The notes beneath the pieces were generated by a model that was not told the origin of the DNA, did no database searches, and saw only the letters and a list, made by a program, of their open reading frames with translations. A program made the translations under genes and the position numbers. A DNA stretch of 63,650 nt, counting the filler, from Bigelowiella natans CCMP2755 (lineage: Eukaryota > Protista > Cercozoa): NCBI GenBank assembly GCA_000320545.1. It is 3 parts of 3 records of this genome, joined end to end, with 100 filler letters (N's around TTAATTAATTAA, not from the genome) between each part and the next. Parts side by side here need not be neighbours in the genome. Positions count along the whole stretch, not along the records: positions 31,073 to 61,369 come from ADNK01003004.1; positions 61,470 to 63,650 come from ADNK01003597.1; 1 more part is not named here. One strand, given 5' to 3'. Positions 54,863 through 63,650 of the stretch are shown here, piece after piece (the stretch's first letter is position 1; each line of letters starts with the position of its first letter).

Positions 54863-56192
54863 CTATTACTATTATTGTCATCATTTGTAACTTCATTGGT
54901 GAGGGGGACAGGGAGGGGGGTTGTGTGCTTGGTTCTAGAGCACCGACCGATTACACAGCTTGCAGCTATACTTTCCAGAGTCATGTACAAATCTGAACGA
55001 CCGCAAATCACAATTATTGAGAATCTATAGCTAGACATGTTTGCGTGGTTCAAACAAGGAGGGTTCTAGAGGAGACGGTAGTATCCACAGGACCGTCATT
55101 ATCACCAACATTATCATCAGAACTAGCCCCAGCCTGGTACTACAAACAGAGCCAATGGCAGCAGCGGCGGCGCCATTACTATCACTCTCGAAATTACCGA
55201 TGTGTCATCAGATGACCACGCTTCATAAAACTTGCCTGGCATATAGAGCACGAATATGGCCGATCGCGCTGTGATAGCACCACCGATAGCTTGTAAGCTT
55301 TACGTCACAACATAGAATACTTAACACCCTACATCTCTCAATAACCCCCCCGCCCCCTTGCTCCCCCCCCCCTTTTCCTTGCCTCAGTACCTTTGATGGT
55401 AATTCAGTTTCATTGGCTGTCAAAGAGAGGTAGGAGGGGAGGGGAGGGAAAACCGACTCCATCATACGCTCATAGCGCCTCTTCACTAAGGGCATTTTCT
55501 TCAAAAGCTCCGACCGAGTCAAGTTCTGGAGAATCCGCAAGAAACCAAAAAGCAACGCAGGAAGGTGTGCAGTGTGGATGGATATGAGGGGGATATCATT
55601 TTGCGCGCCGCTGTCTGTAACTGTAGTAGTTAGTCATATTTGCTGTACGATCATGCTTACTATTGTCGCGAAGTTGTTGTAAGGAGGAGAGTAGAGAAAA
55701 ACGAAAAAAAAATAACTATAAATCCTTTGTCCTCTTCCTCTTCTTCTTCGTCCTCAATTTTACCACTTTCTCCGAGCCCACTTCCGGGTACGCACTCGCC
55801 TTCGGGCGACCACGAGGAAGCGATCGCCACCTATCATCACAGGTGCAAAGCAGGATATAGCCATTAGCAGTGAGGACTTCAAACTTGAAGCTGATTTTTA
55901 CGGCAGGGACGCAAATGGGACTGCGAGCGCGCGCGCTCATTCCAAAAGGAAAAGATATGGATAGGAAGACAGAGAGAGGGGAGGGGGAGAAGACGGGATG
56001 GATGCCAATATAGTATGTCTCAAGGACACGCGAAATATCTCAAAGGGGAGACGTATAGAGAAGGTCTCTGTAATAATGCTATTCTCACATCGGAACGGCA
56101 CTGCCAATGAGCTGCAGCCTGCTTCGATTCTGCCCCAGCAATTCCGGCATATTCATGGAATTATCGACCTGCGTTATGGAACACACACAATC

Positions 56193-56230
<38 letters not shown>

Positions 56231-56242
56231 GCGCGCGCGCGC

Positions 56243-56315
<73 letters not shown>

Positions 56316-56782
56316 TATATACACGCGCGCGCCGTTTTAAAATGATTGGGGGCTGTTTAACGTTTTGATGTCCGTGGACGTGTGCGGTGGCTGACCATGA
56401 TATCTTCGTCGAAGGAGGATATCGGCCTCACTTGCCTGGGCATTACGTCATTTATCTCAGTCAAACTAGCGTAACCGATGAGCCACCCAAGGGTTCAGAA
56501 AACACAAAAAAATGAAAGAACGAACGTGATAGTCGCGGTTGCCCGAGATGCGTTGGCGGCTGCTCTGGGGATGGCGGGCCTTCCTGTTCAATGTGCAAAT
56601 TGTAGCGGCAGAGACGTCGAGCAGGTTAGAAACACTGGTATATGAAGCGGTGAGAAAGTATATAAACAAGTGATGGGAGCAGGGGTAAAGGCGGGAGGGT
56701 TAGGGGAGCTCTCTCCATCATGGCGCATTTAAGAGCAGAAGCCGTTCTGTGAGGAATCGGGCAGCCGGCACGTGGACGCCAT
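51937..56782 (-). CDS. C2H2 zinc-finger transcription factor with three tandem fingers; multi-exon, both ends uncertain
   Basis: Splicing exons between ~53630 and 54992 gives YSCKLCNR|[10 protein letters not shown]|[14 protein letters not shown]|[17 protein letters not shown]|[18 protein letters not shown]|[12 protein letters not shown], including the canonical TGQRPY linker. Confidence 0.85.
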
Positions 56783-56916
56783 CTTCCGGTTTTTGTATGT
56801 GCGACAATTATTTATCGAGATGAAACCCAAAAGTGGGTTGCGAAACAATGGGAAACTACGTCATACCACATTCGATGGCAATTTTTCATTAGCGACAATG
56901 AATTATTAACCATGCT

Positions 56917-59028
56917 ATGAGTAAAATGGAACGATATTCACAAATTCGCACGTTTCGGGTGCCGTTTCCAAGCATAGGGATACACCGAGATACGAGTATT
57001 GTCCAGTCTCTAAAAGAAGAGTTGGCTTTACGCACGATGGAGGTGGGAGATGGGGAGCTCAAGGACGTTCCCTCTGATTACTTATGCCCCATCTCGCATG
57101 AGTTGATGAAGAACCCGACTGTCAATGAGGTAGGGTAGACATATGATTACGAGAGCATCGTGGGGTGGTATGCGCTCGGGCACAGGACCGACCCACTGAC
57201 CCAGCAAACGATTCAGAACTTACATATTCTCATCCCCAATCATAACGTGAGGGGCAAGATCCAAGAGTGGGTCCAACGCTATCCGGAGATGCAGAGGAGG
57301 AGAATGGAGAAGTTCGATTTCGAGACTGCGTGCAAGATCTATGCTCATGACCACTAAGCCAAGGCTCAGAAGCAGCAGCAGCAGCAACAGCGCGCAAACC
57401 TCATTGGTGAGGAAGAAAAGGACCGGGAGGAGGACAGGAAAAACGTCGATCAGAACTCACGGCATCCCGAGAACTGGACTGAAGAGAAGATGGCTTCGTT
57501 TGTCGGTGGGTTAGGCCGCGGTGCCATTTGGCAGGGTTATGCGGAATTGTGCGTGCGAGAGTGCATCGATGGATCGACTTTGCTCAACGCTGAGCTAAAC
57601 GATCTGGTGAAATACGGCATCAAGGAAATACACGCCCGCACGATGTTGAAGAAGGTGAAACAGGCCGCTGGTGTTAAAGACAGTTCTACTAATGCGGTAG
57701 CCGCCGTAGCTGTAGCCATGCCTCCAGTCCCCGAAGATACTGAGCGCCTGGACTTGTGCGAAAGTCACATAGAGCTTCTGCAGAGCTGCGAGACGAAGAT
57801 TCGAGAGGCCAAGGGAAAACTCTCTGAGCAGGAGGCATCAGAGCTAGAAAGGGTCAAGAGCGAGTTCAAGCTCATAAGAGAACACATCGACGGCGAAGAG
57901 CTCCGGGTGACCGAGGTCATCACCGCTGAAGCTAGGAAGATGCACTCGGTGCTAGATGACGCCCTAAACACCGTTCGTAACAACACAGAGAAGTTCAAAG
58001 AAAAGGAGCGCCAGCTGCAGCAGACGATTCGAAGCACGACGAGCTGGTCCGATACGAAGAAGAGAACTGCTGAGATCGTCAAGATTACCCAGAGTGTCCT
58101 GGAGAAGCTCCAGCCTTACATTGTTACTCCTCCTGTCGTAGCTGTGAAATTTTCGGAGGCATGTGCACCGTTGTTCACCGGGTGCAACCTCGCCAGGGTG
58201 CAGATAATCCGTCCAACGATTGAGGACCGGTTTACTATCGAGTCAGCTACGAGGAAACTCAAACGACTGCAGGAGCACAAGGAGTTTCTTGCGTCGCAAG
58301 CATGGTCCATTTCGATCGCGCCGATGCAGAGCAAGCGAAGCAGTGTCGCAGCCTGCGTGCACGGCGACAGGATGTACGCGGTCGGAGGTCATGACGGGAG
58401 CTCCAACTTAAACACCGTGGAATGCTACGATTTCAAGGCCAAGAGTTGGAGCTACATCGCGCCGATGAAGAGCAAGCGATGCGGTTTCGCGGCCTGCGTG
58501 CACGGCGACAAGCTCTACGCGGTCGGGGGTCATGACGGGAGCTCCAGATTGAACACCGTGGAGTGTTACGATTTTGAGGCCAAGAGCTGGAGCTACATCG
58601 CGCCGATGAAGAGCAAGCGATACAATGTCGCGGCCTGTGTGCTCGGCGACAAGCTCTACGCGGTCGGGGGTCATGACGGGAGCTCCAGATTGAACACCGT
58701 GGAGTGTTACGATTTTGAGGCCAAGAGCTGGAGCTACATCGCGCCGATGAAGAGCAAGCGATACAATGTCGCGGCCTGTGTGCTCGGCGACAAGCTCTAC
58801 GCGGTCGGGGGTCATGACGGGAGCTCCTTTTTGAACACCGTGGAGTGTTACGATTTTGAGGCCAAGAGCTGGAGCTACATCGCGCCGATGCAGATCAAGC
58901 GATACAGTGTCGCGGCCTGCGTTCACGGCGGCCACCTCTTCGCAGTTGGTAGCAAGAATGACGATAATGGAACCTTCGACACCGTGGAGATTTTGCCTTG
59001 TGTTTTCAAAGCAAGCAACAACAGCTAG
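56917..59028 (+). pseudogene. Intronless U-box + SAM-like + coiled-coil + Kelch-repeat E3-ligase-like gene, interrupted by two in-frame stops (TAG 57136-57138, TAA 57355-57357); downstream 512-aa ORF from 57490 is intact
   Basis: ORFs 56917, 57160 and 57490 share one frame. U-box VPSDYLCPISHELMKNPTVNEVG*TYDYESIVGW...TDPLTQQ...LIPNHNVRGKIQEW; SAM-like CIDGSTLLNAELNDLVKYGIKEIHA; Kelch repeats YAVGGHDG...TVECYD...W. Confidence 0.75.
58315..58950 (+). repeat. About 4.5 near-identical 141-bp tandem units encoding Kelch blades
   Basis: atcgcgccgatg recurs at 58315, 58456, 58597, 58738 and 58879 (period 141). Confidence 0.95.
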
Positions 59029-59692
59029 ACGCGTCGTGCTAGCGTGATGATCGTGCTGACGTGGCACACATTTTTTGCACTCACGTGAACATGTTCTTGG
59101 AATGCAGACATTTTAGCTGCGTCATTCCGCTTGTTGATCTAGCTAGCTAGTCGTCAATCTCAGTCAACTTTCTGTCAGTCTTGATTGCAAATATTTTTCT
59201 AAATCAATGTGTTAAGCGTTGTTTTGTCATGAATGGGAGCTAAACAGCTACCCGAGAGCGTGTACCGCGTGAATGTTAGAGCATTCTAGCATTGCATGCG
59301 CTTTGGTCGATCAGGCATCTATCATTACATGCTAGCAAGTTCTAGAAGTTGCATTTGCCCCAATGTTGCATGAAATCTTGGTCTGTCGAAATCTGCTGCT
59401 CTACAATCCCTAATCCTGCTTGTTGTCATTTTGTACACACGATCATATAATGCTAGAATGGCAAAACGCACCTAAAGTAAATATCATCCAACCCAACGTA
59501 CGTCTTGCGCAGCGGTTTAATTTCTCAGATTTTGCTGCAAATCATGTATGCCTGCACAAATGATCATTGTTTCTCTTCCCTTGACTAGTTGATGCAACAT
59601 AATCACAACTACAACTTGCTAACATCGCTATATGCACATGCACACATTCGACATTTGTTAAATATAAACTTCATGCACTCCACACGTCCATT

Positions 59693-61319
59693 CTACTTCT
59701 TCCGCTTTGTGCTTTTCAAATGGCGTTTCATTGTACGGTAAGGCCTCCGAAGGCCCTATATGGAAGATATAAGAACAAAAAAAAGAAACAACAATGTAAG
59801 AATCTGAAGTGAGCGTCCTTTCTTAATTGCTTTGCCAACGGGTTTGGAATCAGTGTTTCTTCAAAACTGAGAAGGCCATTTGTATGTTCATCTATTTAGC
59901 ACCTTTGCCTTTGCGAGGTCCAGAGCAGTCTTCATTTCGCTGCAGCAAGGTAAATTGGAAAAATGCCACAAAATGAGAATACAAACACGATACAACAGGA
60001 GACAATTTTTTCACACAAACAAACAACCATTCACTCACCCACACGATAACACTCACGCATACACACTTACTAATTAGCTGCAACGTAGCATGCCATGGGC
60101 AGATGGATAGAGGATACGCATAGCAATCACTATCCATCTGTCAGCACCTATTAGTAGCTTTGGGATTTGCTCCATTAGACAAGAGGATATCAACAACTCT
60201 ATTGAGGCCACGTGCGTCTGGATTGTTCCCGTAAGCTTCTCCATCACCCTCCCCCTCTTCCTCCGAGTCAGAGTCAGACCCGCCAACATCGCCTTTGATT
60301 GAAGAATATGTACAGGCCAAACGTTTATATATTGCACGCATGGCGCACACTCTTACATCCAGCTTTTTTTTAGATGAAAAAGGTCCATGACGAAATGAGC
60401 TCTACTTCCCCCCTCCCAACATCCAACCAATGTTAAGATAACCTCATCGAAGTGCTGCTCCAGCACAGCATTGTTGCAAATATTTAATGCCGCTATCATC
60501 ATATCCTGATGCTACGATTTGCCGCGAAAACAATGAACGACTCTACCTGTGAAAACAGCGTGGAGAGGCGTATTCCCTCCTTCATCTGCTAGCGTAAGTA
60601 ATGCTGCCGGCGTGAGCGTCCCCCCCCCCAGCTGAAAAGGAGCTGGTGATGATGCTGATGAAGAGAAACACAGCAAGACATCTGACGTCAAAATATGCCT
60701 CGATGGTGCGACACATACCATCATTTCTTGCAAAAATGTAGCTGTAGACGTCAGCAATGCTGCATCGCTATTACCAGTGTTTCCCACTTCTTCCCTCCTC
60801 CCTGCGGCAGTGGTTGGCGACGCAGAATGAACACTGGCCAAAGAACGGGAGGGGGGGGCTGACGATGCTGCCAGCTCGAGAAGCAGCGCAAGCACACTCT
60901 GAATGTGTATGGCACAACGATCGTTATTGTTGTTTCGGATTCGATTCAAAGATGATATTTTGCACAAAAATCTTCACGATGGTTACTCCTTAGAATCTAT
61001 TGGTTGGAATATGGAGGAAACACGGCGCATAATCGCCAAATGGTATAGGTTTGAAATATCCGTACGAGTGAAGGGAAATTCGATGATTTTGATAAGGCTT
61101 GTTATCCGCATGTATCCAAACCCTCATCGTCACTTTGTCTGAATCCAAAAGGCGATGATTTGAAATAAAACGCTACATTATTGTCTAATTTCGGTGTAAA
61201 AATCAATGTTCCTGTTGCATTTCTCACAAACCGGTTTGTGTGAATGCGCAGCTTCGTGGAACGCTGTCCATCCGCCGGTAGAGCTTTATTTCCATACACA
61301 CAAAACACACACACACACA

Positions 61320-61364
<45 letters not shown>

Positions 61365-61369
61365 TATAT
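59693..61369 (-). CDS. Ankyrin-repeat protein, C-terminal part, multi-exon (5' end lost at contig break)
   Basis: LADEGGNTPLHAVFTG and VVDILLSNGANPKATNR ankyrin motifs; last exon GLRRPYRTMKRHLKSTKRKK*. Confidence 0.7.
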
Positions 61370-61469
61370 NNNNNNNNNNNNNNNNNNNNNNNNNNNNNNN
61401 NNNNNNNNNNNNNTTAATTAATTAANNNNNNNNNNNNNNNNNNNNNNNNNNNNNNNNNNNNNNNNNNNN
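61370..61469. other. Artificial contig-joining spacer (N44-TTAATTAATTAA-N44)
   Basis: Same 100-nt structure as 30973-31072. Confidence 0.97.
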
Positions 61470-61649
61470 GTCGGTTCAGGTTCTTCAGCAGTTAGCATCT
61501 AAAGTTGAAAAACTGTGAAAAAATATGCTCTATCTAAAGTTCAAGATGCCGTTCTTAAAATGGGAGCAAATGTGCTGAAGAAAAAGATGGGAGGTAAAGC
61601 ATCCGTAAGTGGTGGTGGAATGAAAAAGAAACTCTCTTCTTTATTATAA
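61470..61649 (+). CDS. Probable C-terminal tail of a virophage major capsid protein (partial; 5' part has apparent 1-nt deletions)
   Basis: Open frame 61515-61649 reads VKKYALSKVQDAVLKMGANVLKKKMGGKASVSGGGMKKKLSSLL*. Restoring three homopolymer bases upstream gives VGSGFFSSLASKVGKT. This resembles the GxG(F/I)F-amphipathic-helix-Gly-rich-basic tail recalled for virophage MCPs. Confidence 0.55.
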
Positions 61650-61685
61650 ATTTTATATTATAATATTTTTATTAAACATTATAAT

Positions 61686-61997
61686 ATGAAAATATATATT
61701 AAACTAATGAAATCACCTCTTAAAAATAAGAAGCATAGGATGCTCTTTTATGTTGATAAGGGTGGAAGGATAATAAAAGTAAAACACACCGACTTTGGAG
61801 ATAGTCGGTATAGCGACTTTACGATACATAAAGATGAAAACAGAAAAGATAGATACCTGACAAGGCATATGAAGAATGAAGATTGGAGTAAATTCCTGAC
61901 TGCTGGTTCATTATCTCGTTGGGTCTTGTGGAATAAACCTGATTTGAAGGATAGTTTAGAGGACTATGCTGATAGATTTAATCTTATCATACTCTAA
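61686..61997 (+). CDS. DUF5754-like viral hypothetical protein (103 aa)
   Basis: HTDFGDSRYSDFTIHKDENRKDRYLTRH...TAGSLSRWVLWNKP, a pattern recalled from large DNA viruses and virophages. Confidence 0.75.
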   Translation: MKIYIKLMKSPLKNKKHRMLFYVDKGGRIIKVKHTDFGDSRYSDFTIHKDENRKDRYLTRHMKNEDWSKFLTAGSLSRWVLWNKPDLKDSLEDYADRFNLIIL

Positions 61998-62098
61998 TAT
62001 CGTTGGTGGGGTCTAAATCCGTGTTCCTTGCTACTATTTTTCCTATCCCCATAACCTATGGAAAAGATAAGTCCTAATATTAATAACACTACAATCAT
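61994..62098 (-). CDS. Small putative membrane/secreted peptide (34 aa, MIVVLLILGLIFSIGYGDRKNSSKEHGFRPHQRY)
   Basis: ATG at 62098 with TCTA 11 nt upstream; hydrophobic N-terminus; stop overlaps the stop of the convergent DUF5754-like ORF. Confidence 0.45.
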   Translation of the reverse strand: MIVVLLILGLIFSIGYGDRKNSSKEHGFRPHQRY

Positions 62099-62113
62099 TT
62101 AATAAAGATTAGA

Positions 62114-62323
62114 TTATTTTTCGTCGTTCATCAACATCCTAAAAGCACTATCAGTTAAATCACCAGTGTCATCAAAGGGTTGTTTCATAATATTTAATTG
62201 TATCAACAATTTGCTGTTCTCTTTTATCAGTTTCTTGTTTTGCTTTATCAATTTGTTTATCTCTTTTCTTAATCTTGTTAATCGTAGTTGTAATTGTAAT
62301 AGTCTAACTATTTCCAGTAGCAT
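62114..62323 (-). CDS. Small coiled-coil hypothetical viral protein (69 aa)
   Basis: Leu/Lys heptad pattern; TCTA 11 nt upstream of the ATG; fills the space directly downstream of RNR. Confidence 0.6.
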   Translation of the reverse strand: MLLEIVRLLQLQLRLTRLRKEINKLIKQNKKLIKENSKLLIQLNIMKQPFDDTGDLTDSAFRMLMNDEK

Positions 62324-62334
62324 CTATAATGATT

Positions 62335-62355
62335 TAGATTAAAAATTTAAATCTA
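62335..62355 (-). promoter_or_regulatory. AT-rich hairpin at the RNR stop overlapping a TCTA late-promoter-like motif of the next ORF
   Basis: Minus strand TAGATTTAAATTTTTAATCTA has TAGATT/AATCTA arms; TCTA at 62338-62335 lies 11 nt before ATG 62323. Confidence 0.5.
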
Positions 62356-63297
62356 CTCAAAGATGTCTTCTTTGTTCTCGTTTAATACATTAGCGGATTG
62401 ATAGTTGCTTTCTCTACTCTCAAAGAAATTGGTCTTGCCTTGTAAATCCAGTCTTTCCATCCAGGTCAAAGGATTACTCACATTGTGGATTGTATCATAA
62501 CCTAATTTTAGTAATATGTTGTCTATTGTGAATTTGATATAGTCTAACATCATATCCGCATTCATTCCTAACAATCTAACAGGTAATGCTTGTGTGATGA
62601 AGTCTCGCTCAATACATAGTGCCTTATCAAACAACACCGCTACTTCTGCTTGTGATAGTCTCTTCTCTAACTTATTGTATAGCATAATACTGAAACTATA
62701 ATGTAGGTTCTCATCTCTGCTGATAAATTCATTAGATAAAGTTAGACCTTTTAATATACCTTTCTGCTTGAAGTAGTAAATACAAGCGAACGAGGAAGCG
62801 AAGAATATGCCTTCAAAGATGACCTGACATATCAATTTATGCTGTATGGAGTTGTACAACAAGACCTGTTTCCTACAGAAGTTAATCTTTTGTTCTATGA
62901 TAGGATTATTCTTCACAGCATTTATTAAATCCTCTTTCTCTTTTTTATCTTTTATCAAAGTATCTATCTGTAGATTGTATGTTTCTGTGTGTATATTTTC
63001 CATTTGCCTTTGAAAGTCGTAGCACATACGAATTTCTAATGCCTTAAACTCCTCGTATAGATTCCTATTTATCATTTCATTCACTTCAATATCACTATTC
63101 GCAAAGAAGATGAGGGTATATTTTAAATACTTTTGTTCGTCCTGACTTAATTTGGAGAAGTCATCGGCATCATTACTGAAATCTATTTCTTCGGCAGTCC
63201 AGTATCCTGCTTGTTGTATCTTGTAGGCATTCCATATGTCTTTGTGCCTGATTGGAAAGAGAGAAGTTCTGTCAACATCTTTGAGTATACTATTCAT
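62353..63297 (-). CDS. Ribonucleotide reductase class Ia small (beta/R2) subunit, 314 aa from the first true ATG
   Basis: YWTAEEIDF, FFANSD, QMENIHTETY (Glu/His ligands and radical Tyr), EGIFFASSF, ISRDENLH, NPLTWM and GKTNFFESRESNY. Intronless and AT-rich. Confidence 0.97.
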   Translation of the reverse strand: MNSILKDVDRTSLFPIRHKDIWNAYKIQQAGYWTAEEIDFSNDADDFSKLSQDEQKYLKYTLIFFANSDIEVNEMINRNLYEEFKALEIRMCYDFQRQMENIHTETYNLQIDTLIKDKKEKEDLINAVKNNPIIEQKINFCRKQVLLYNSIQHKLICQVIFEGIFFASSFACIYYFKQKGILKGLTLSNEFISRDENLHYSFSIMLYNKLEKRLSQAEVAVLFDKALCIERDFITQALPVRLLGMNADMMLDYIKFTIDNILLKLGYDTIHNVSNPLTWMERLDLQGKTNFFESRESNYQSANVLNENKEDIFE

Positions 63298-63339
63298 ATA
63301 TATTATACTATATATTTTTATATTTAATTTAATATTGTG

Positions 63340-63374
63340 TTTCAACACCTTGGAGGGTGTCTAATGTGTTGAAA
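63340..63374. terminator. Intergenic inverted repeat upstream of RNR (TTTCAACAC...GTGTTGAAA)
   Basis: Perfect 9-bp arms at 63340-63348 and 63366-63374; possible 3'-end hairpin of the upstream gene. Confidence 0.4.
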
Positions 63375-63650
63375 ATGAAATTTGGAATAAATATATATTA
63401 ACAATTTATTATTGACATATTACATATATTCTTCTTAATCAATAAGATAGCATCGTCCCTGCTTTCCATCTTCCACACTGACCTGTCATAAACCACAACA
63501 GCATCATCTTTCCTGTATGTTGTAAAATGTCTGGTAGCAATTGACGATTGATATATATGACTTGATCCTATCTATATATTATTATCTACATAGCTGTTTT
63601 ATTATACCTGCTTTGCTGATGACTTTAGTCACGACTATTGTTAAGTCTGC

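Larger units (their letters stand above)
61470..63650. mobile_element. Virophage-like (or related dsDNA virus) segment; AT-rich, intronless, compact
   Basis: Abrupt shift to high AT, no introns or microsatellites, tightly packed ORFs, capsid-like tail, DUF5754-like ORF, RNR small subunit and TCTA motifs. Confidence 0.75.

Noticed and set aside
57130-57138. 9-nt GT..AG micro-intron removing the TAG
   Set aside because: Far shorter than known spliceosomal introns, would delete the conserved U-box Gly, and does not explain the second stop.
58315-58950. CRISPR-like array
   Set aside because: Units are contiguous 141-bp in-frame coding repeats with no unique spacers.
56917-59028. Genome-wide TAR=Gln genetic code
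   Set aside because: The USP, EngB, GxGYxYP and Kelch genes end at TAG where the protein is expected to end, and long ORFs use CAA/CAG without internal TAR.
61300-61500. Host-virus integration junction
   Set aside because: The viral-like DNA starts after an artificial spacer; no real junction, TIR or target-site duplication is visible.
63298-63348. N-terminal 17 aa of the 331-aa RNR ORF in the track
   Set aside because: It starts at a non-ATG codon in AT-rich intergenic sequence; ATG 63297 is the more plausible start.
63400-63650. Additional viral ORFs at the right edge
   Set aside because: Only a short partial frame (ending ...IIKQLCR*) and a frame-broken stretch are visible, too little to call.

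Overview
Eukaryotic (protist) nuclear DNA made of three separate contigs joined by artificial 100-nt spacers (N44-TTAATTAATTAA-N44 at 30973-31072 and 61370-61469). Contigs 1 and 2 are gene-dense, with many short introns packed with (TA)n/(CT)n/(CA)n/poly-G microsatellites. This style, plus signal-peptide/transit-like leaders, suggests a chlorarachniophyte-like alga (inference, not proven). Genes recognised by splicing exons by eye: ABCG transporter, MTAP, organellar EF-P, Ycf45/SpoIIIAA-like ATPase, GxGYxYP protein, two-domain Zn2Cys6 transcription factor, DDX56/Dbp9 (partial), a C6orf62/DUF4566 homologue, NUDT17-like Nudix hydrolase, EngB/YsxC GTPase, a divergent SAH-hydrolase-like protein, a DUF6604-like ORF, a universal stress protein, a single 5S rRNA gene, a 3-finger C2H2 protein, a U-box/SAM/Kelch gene with two in-frame stops, and an ankyrin protein. 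Genes mostly alternate strand: short divergent promoters, with purine-pyrimidine-alternating GCAT/TGCA/CTAG tracts at nearly every 3' end. Contig 3 (61470-63650) is AT-rich, intronless and virus-like. It has a probable virophage major-capsid C-terminus, a DUF5754-like ORF, a ribonucleotide reductase small subunit and TCTA late-promoter-like motifs. Exon boundaries and gene ends of the spliced genes are approximate, and family assignments come from recalled motifs, not database searches.
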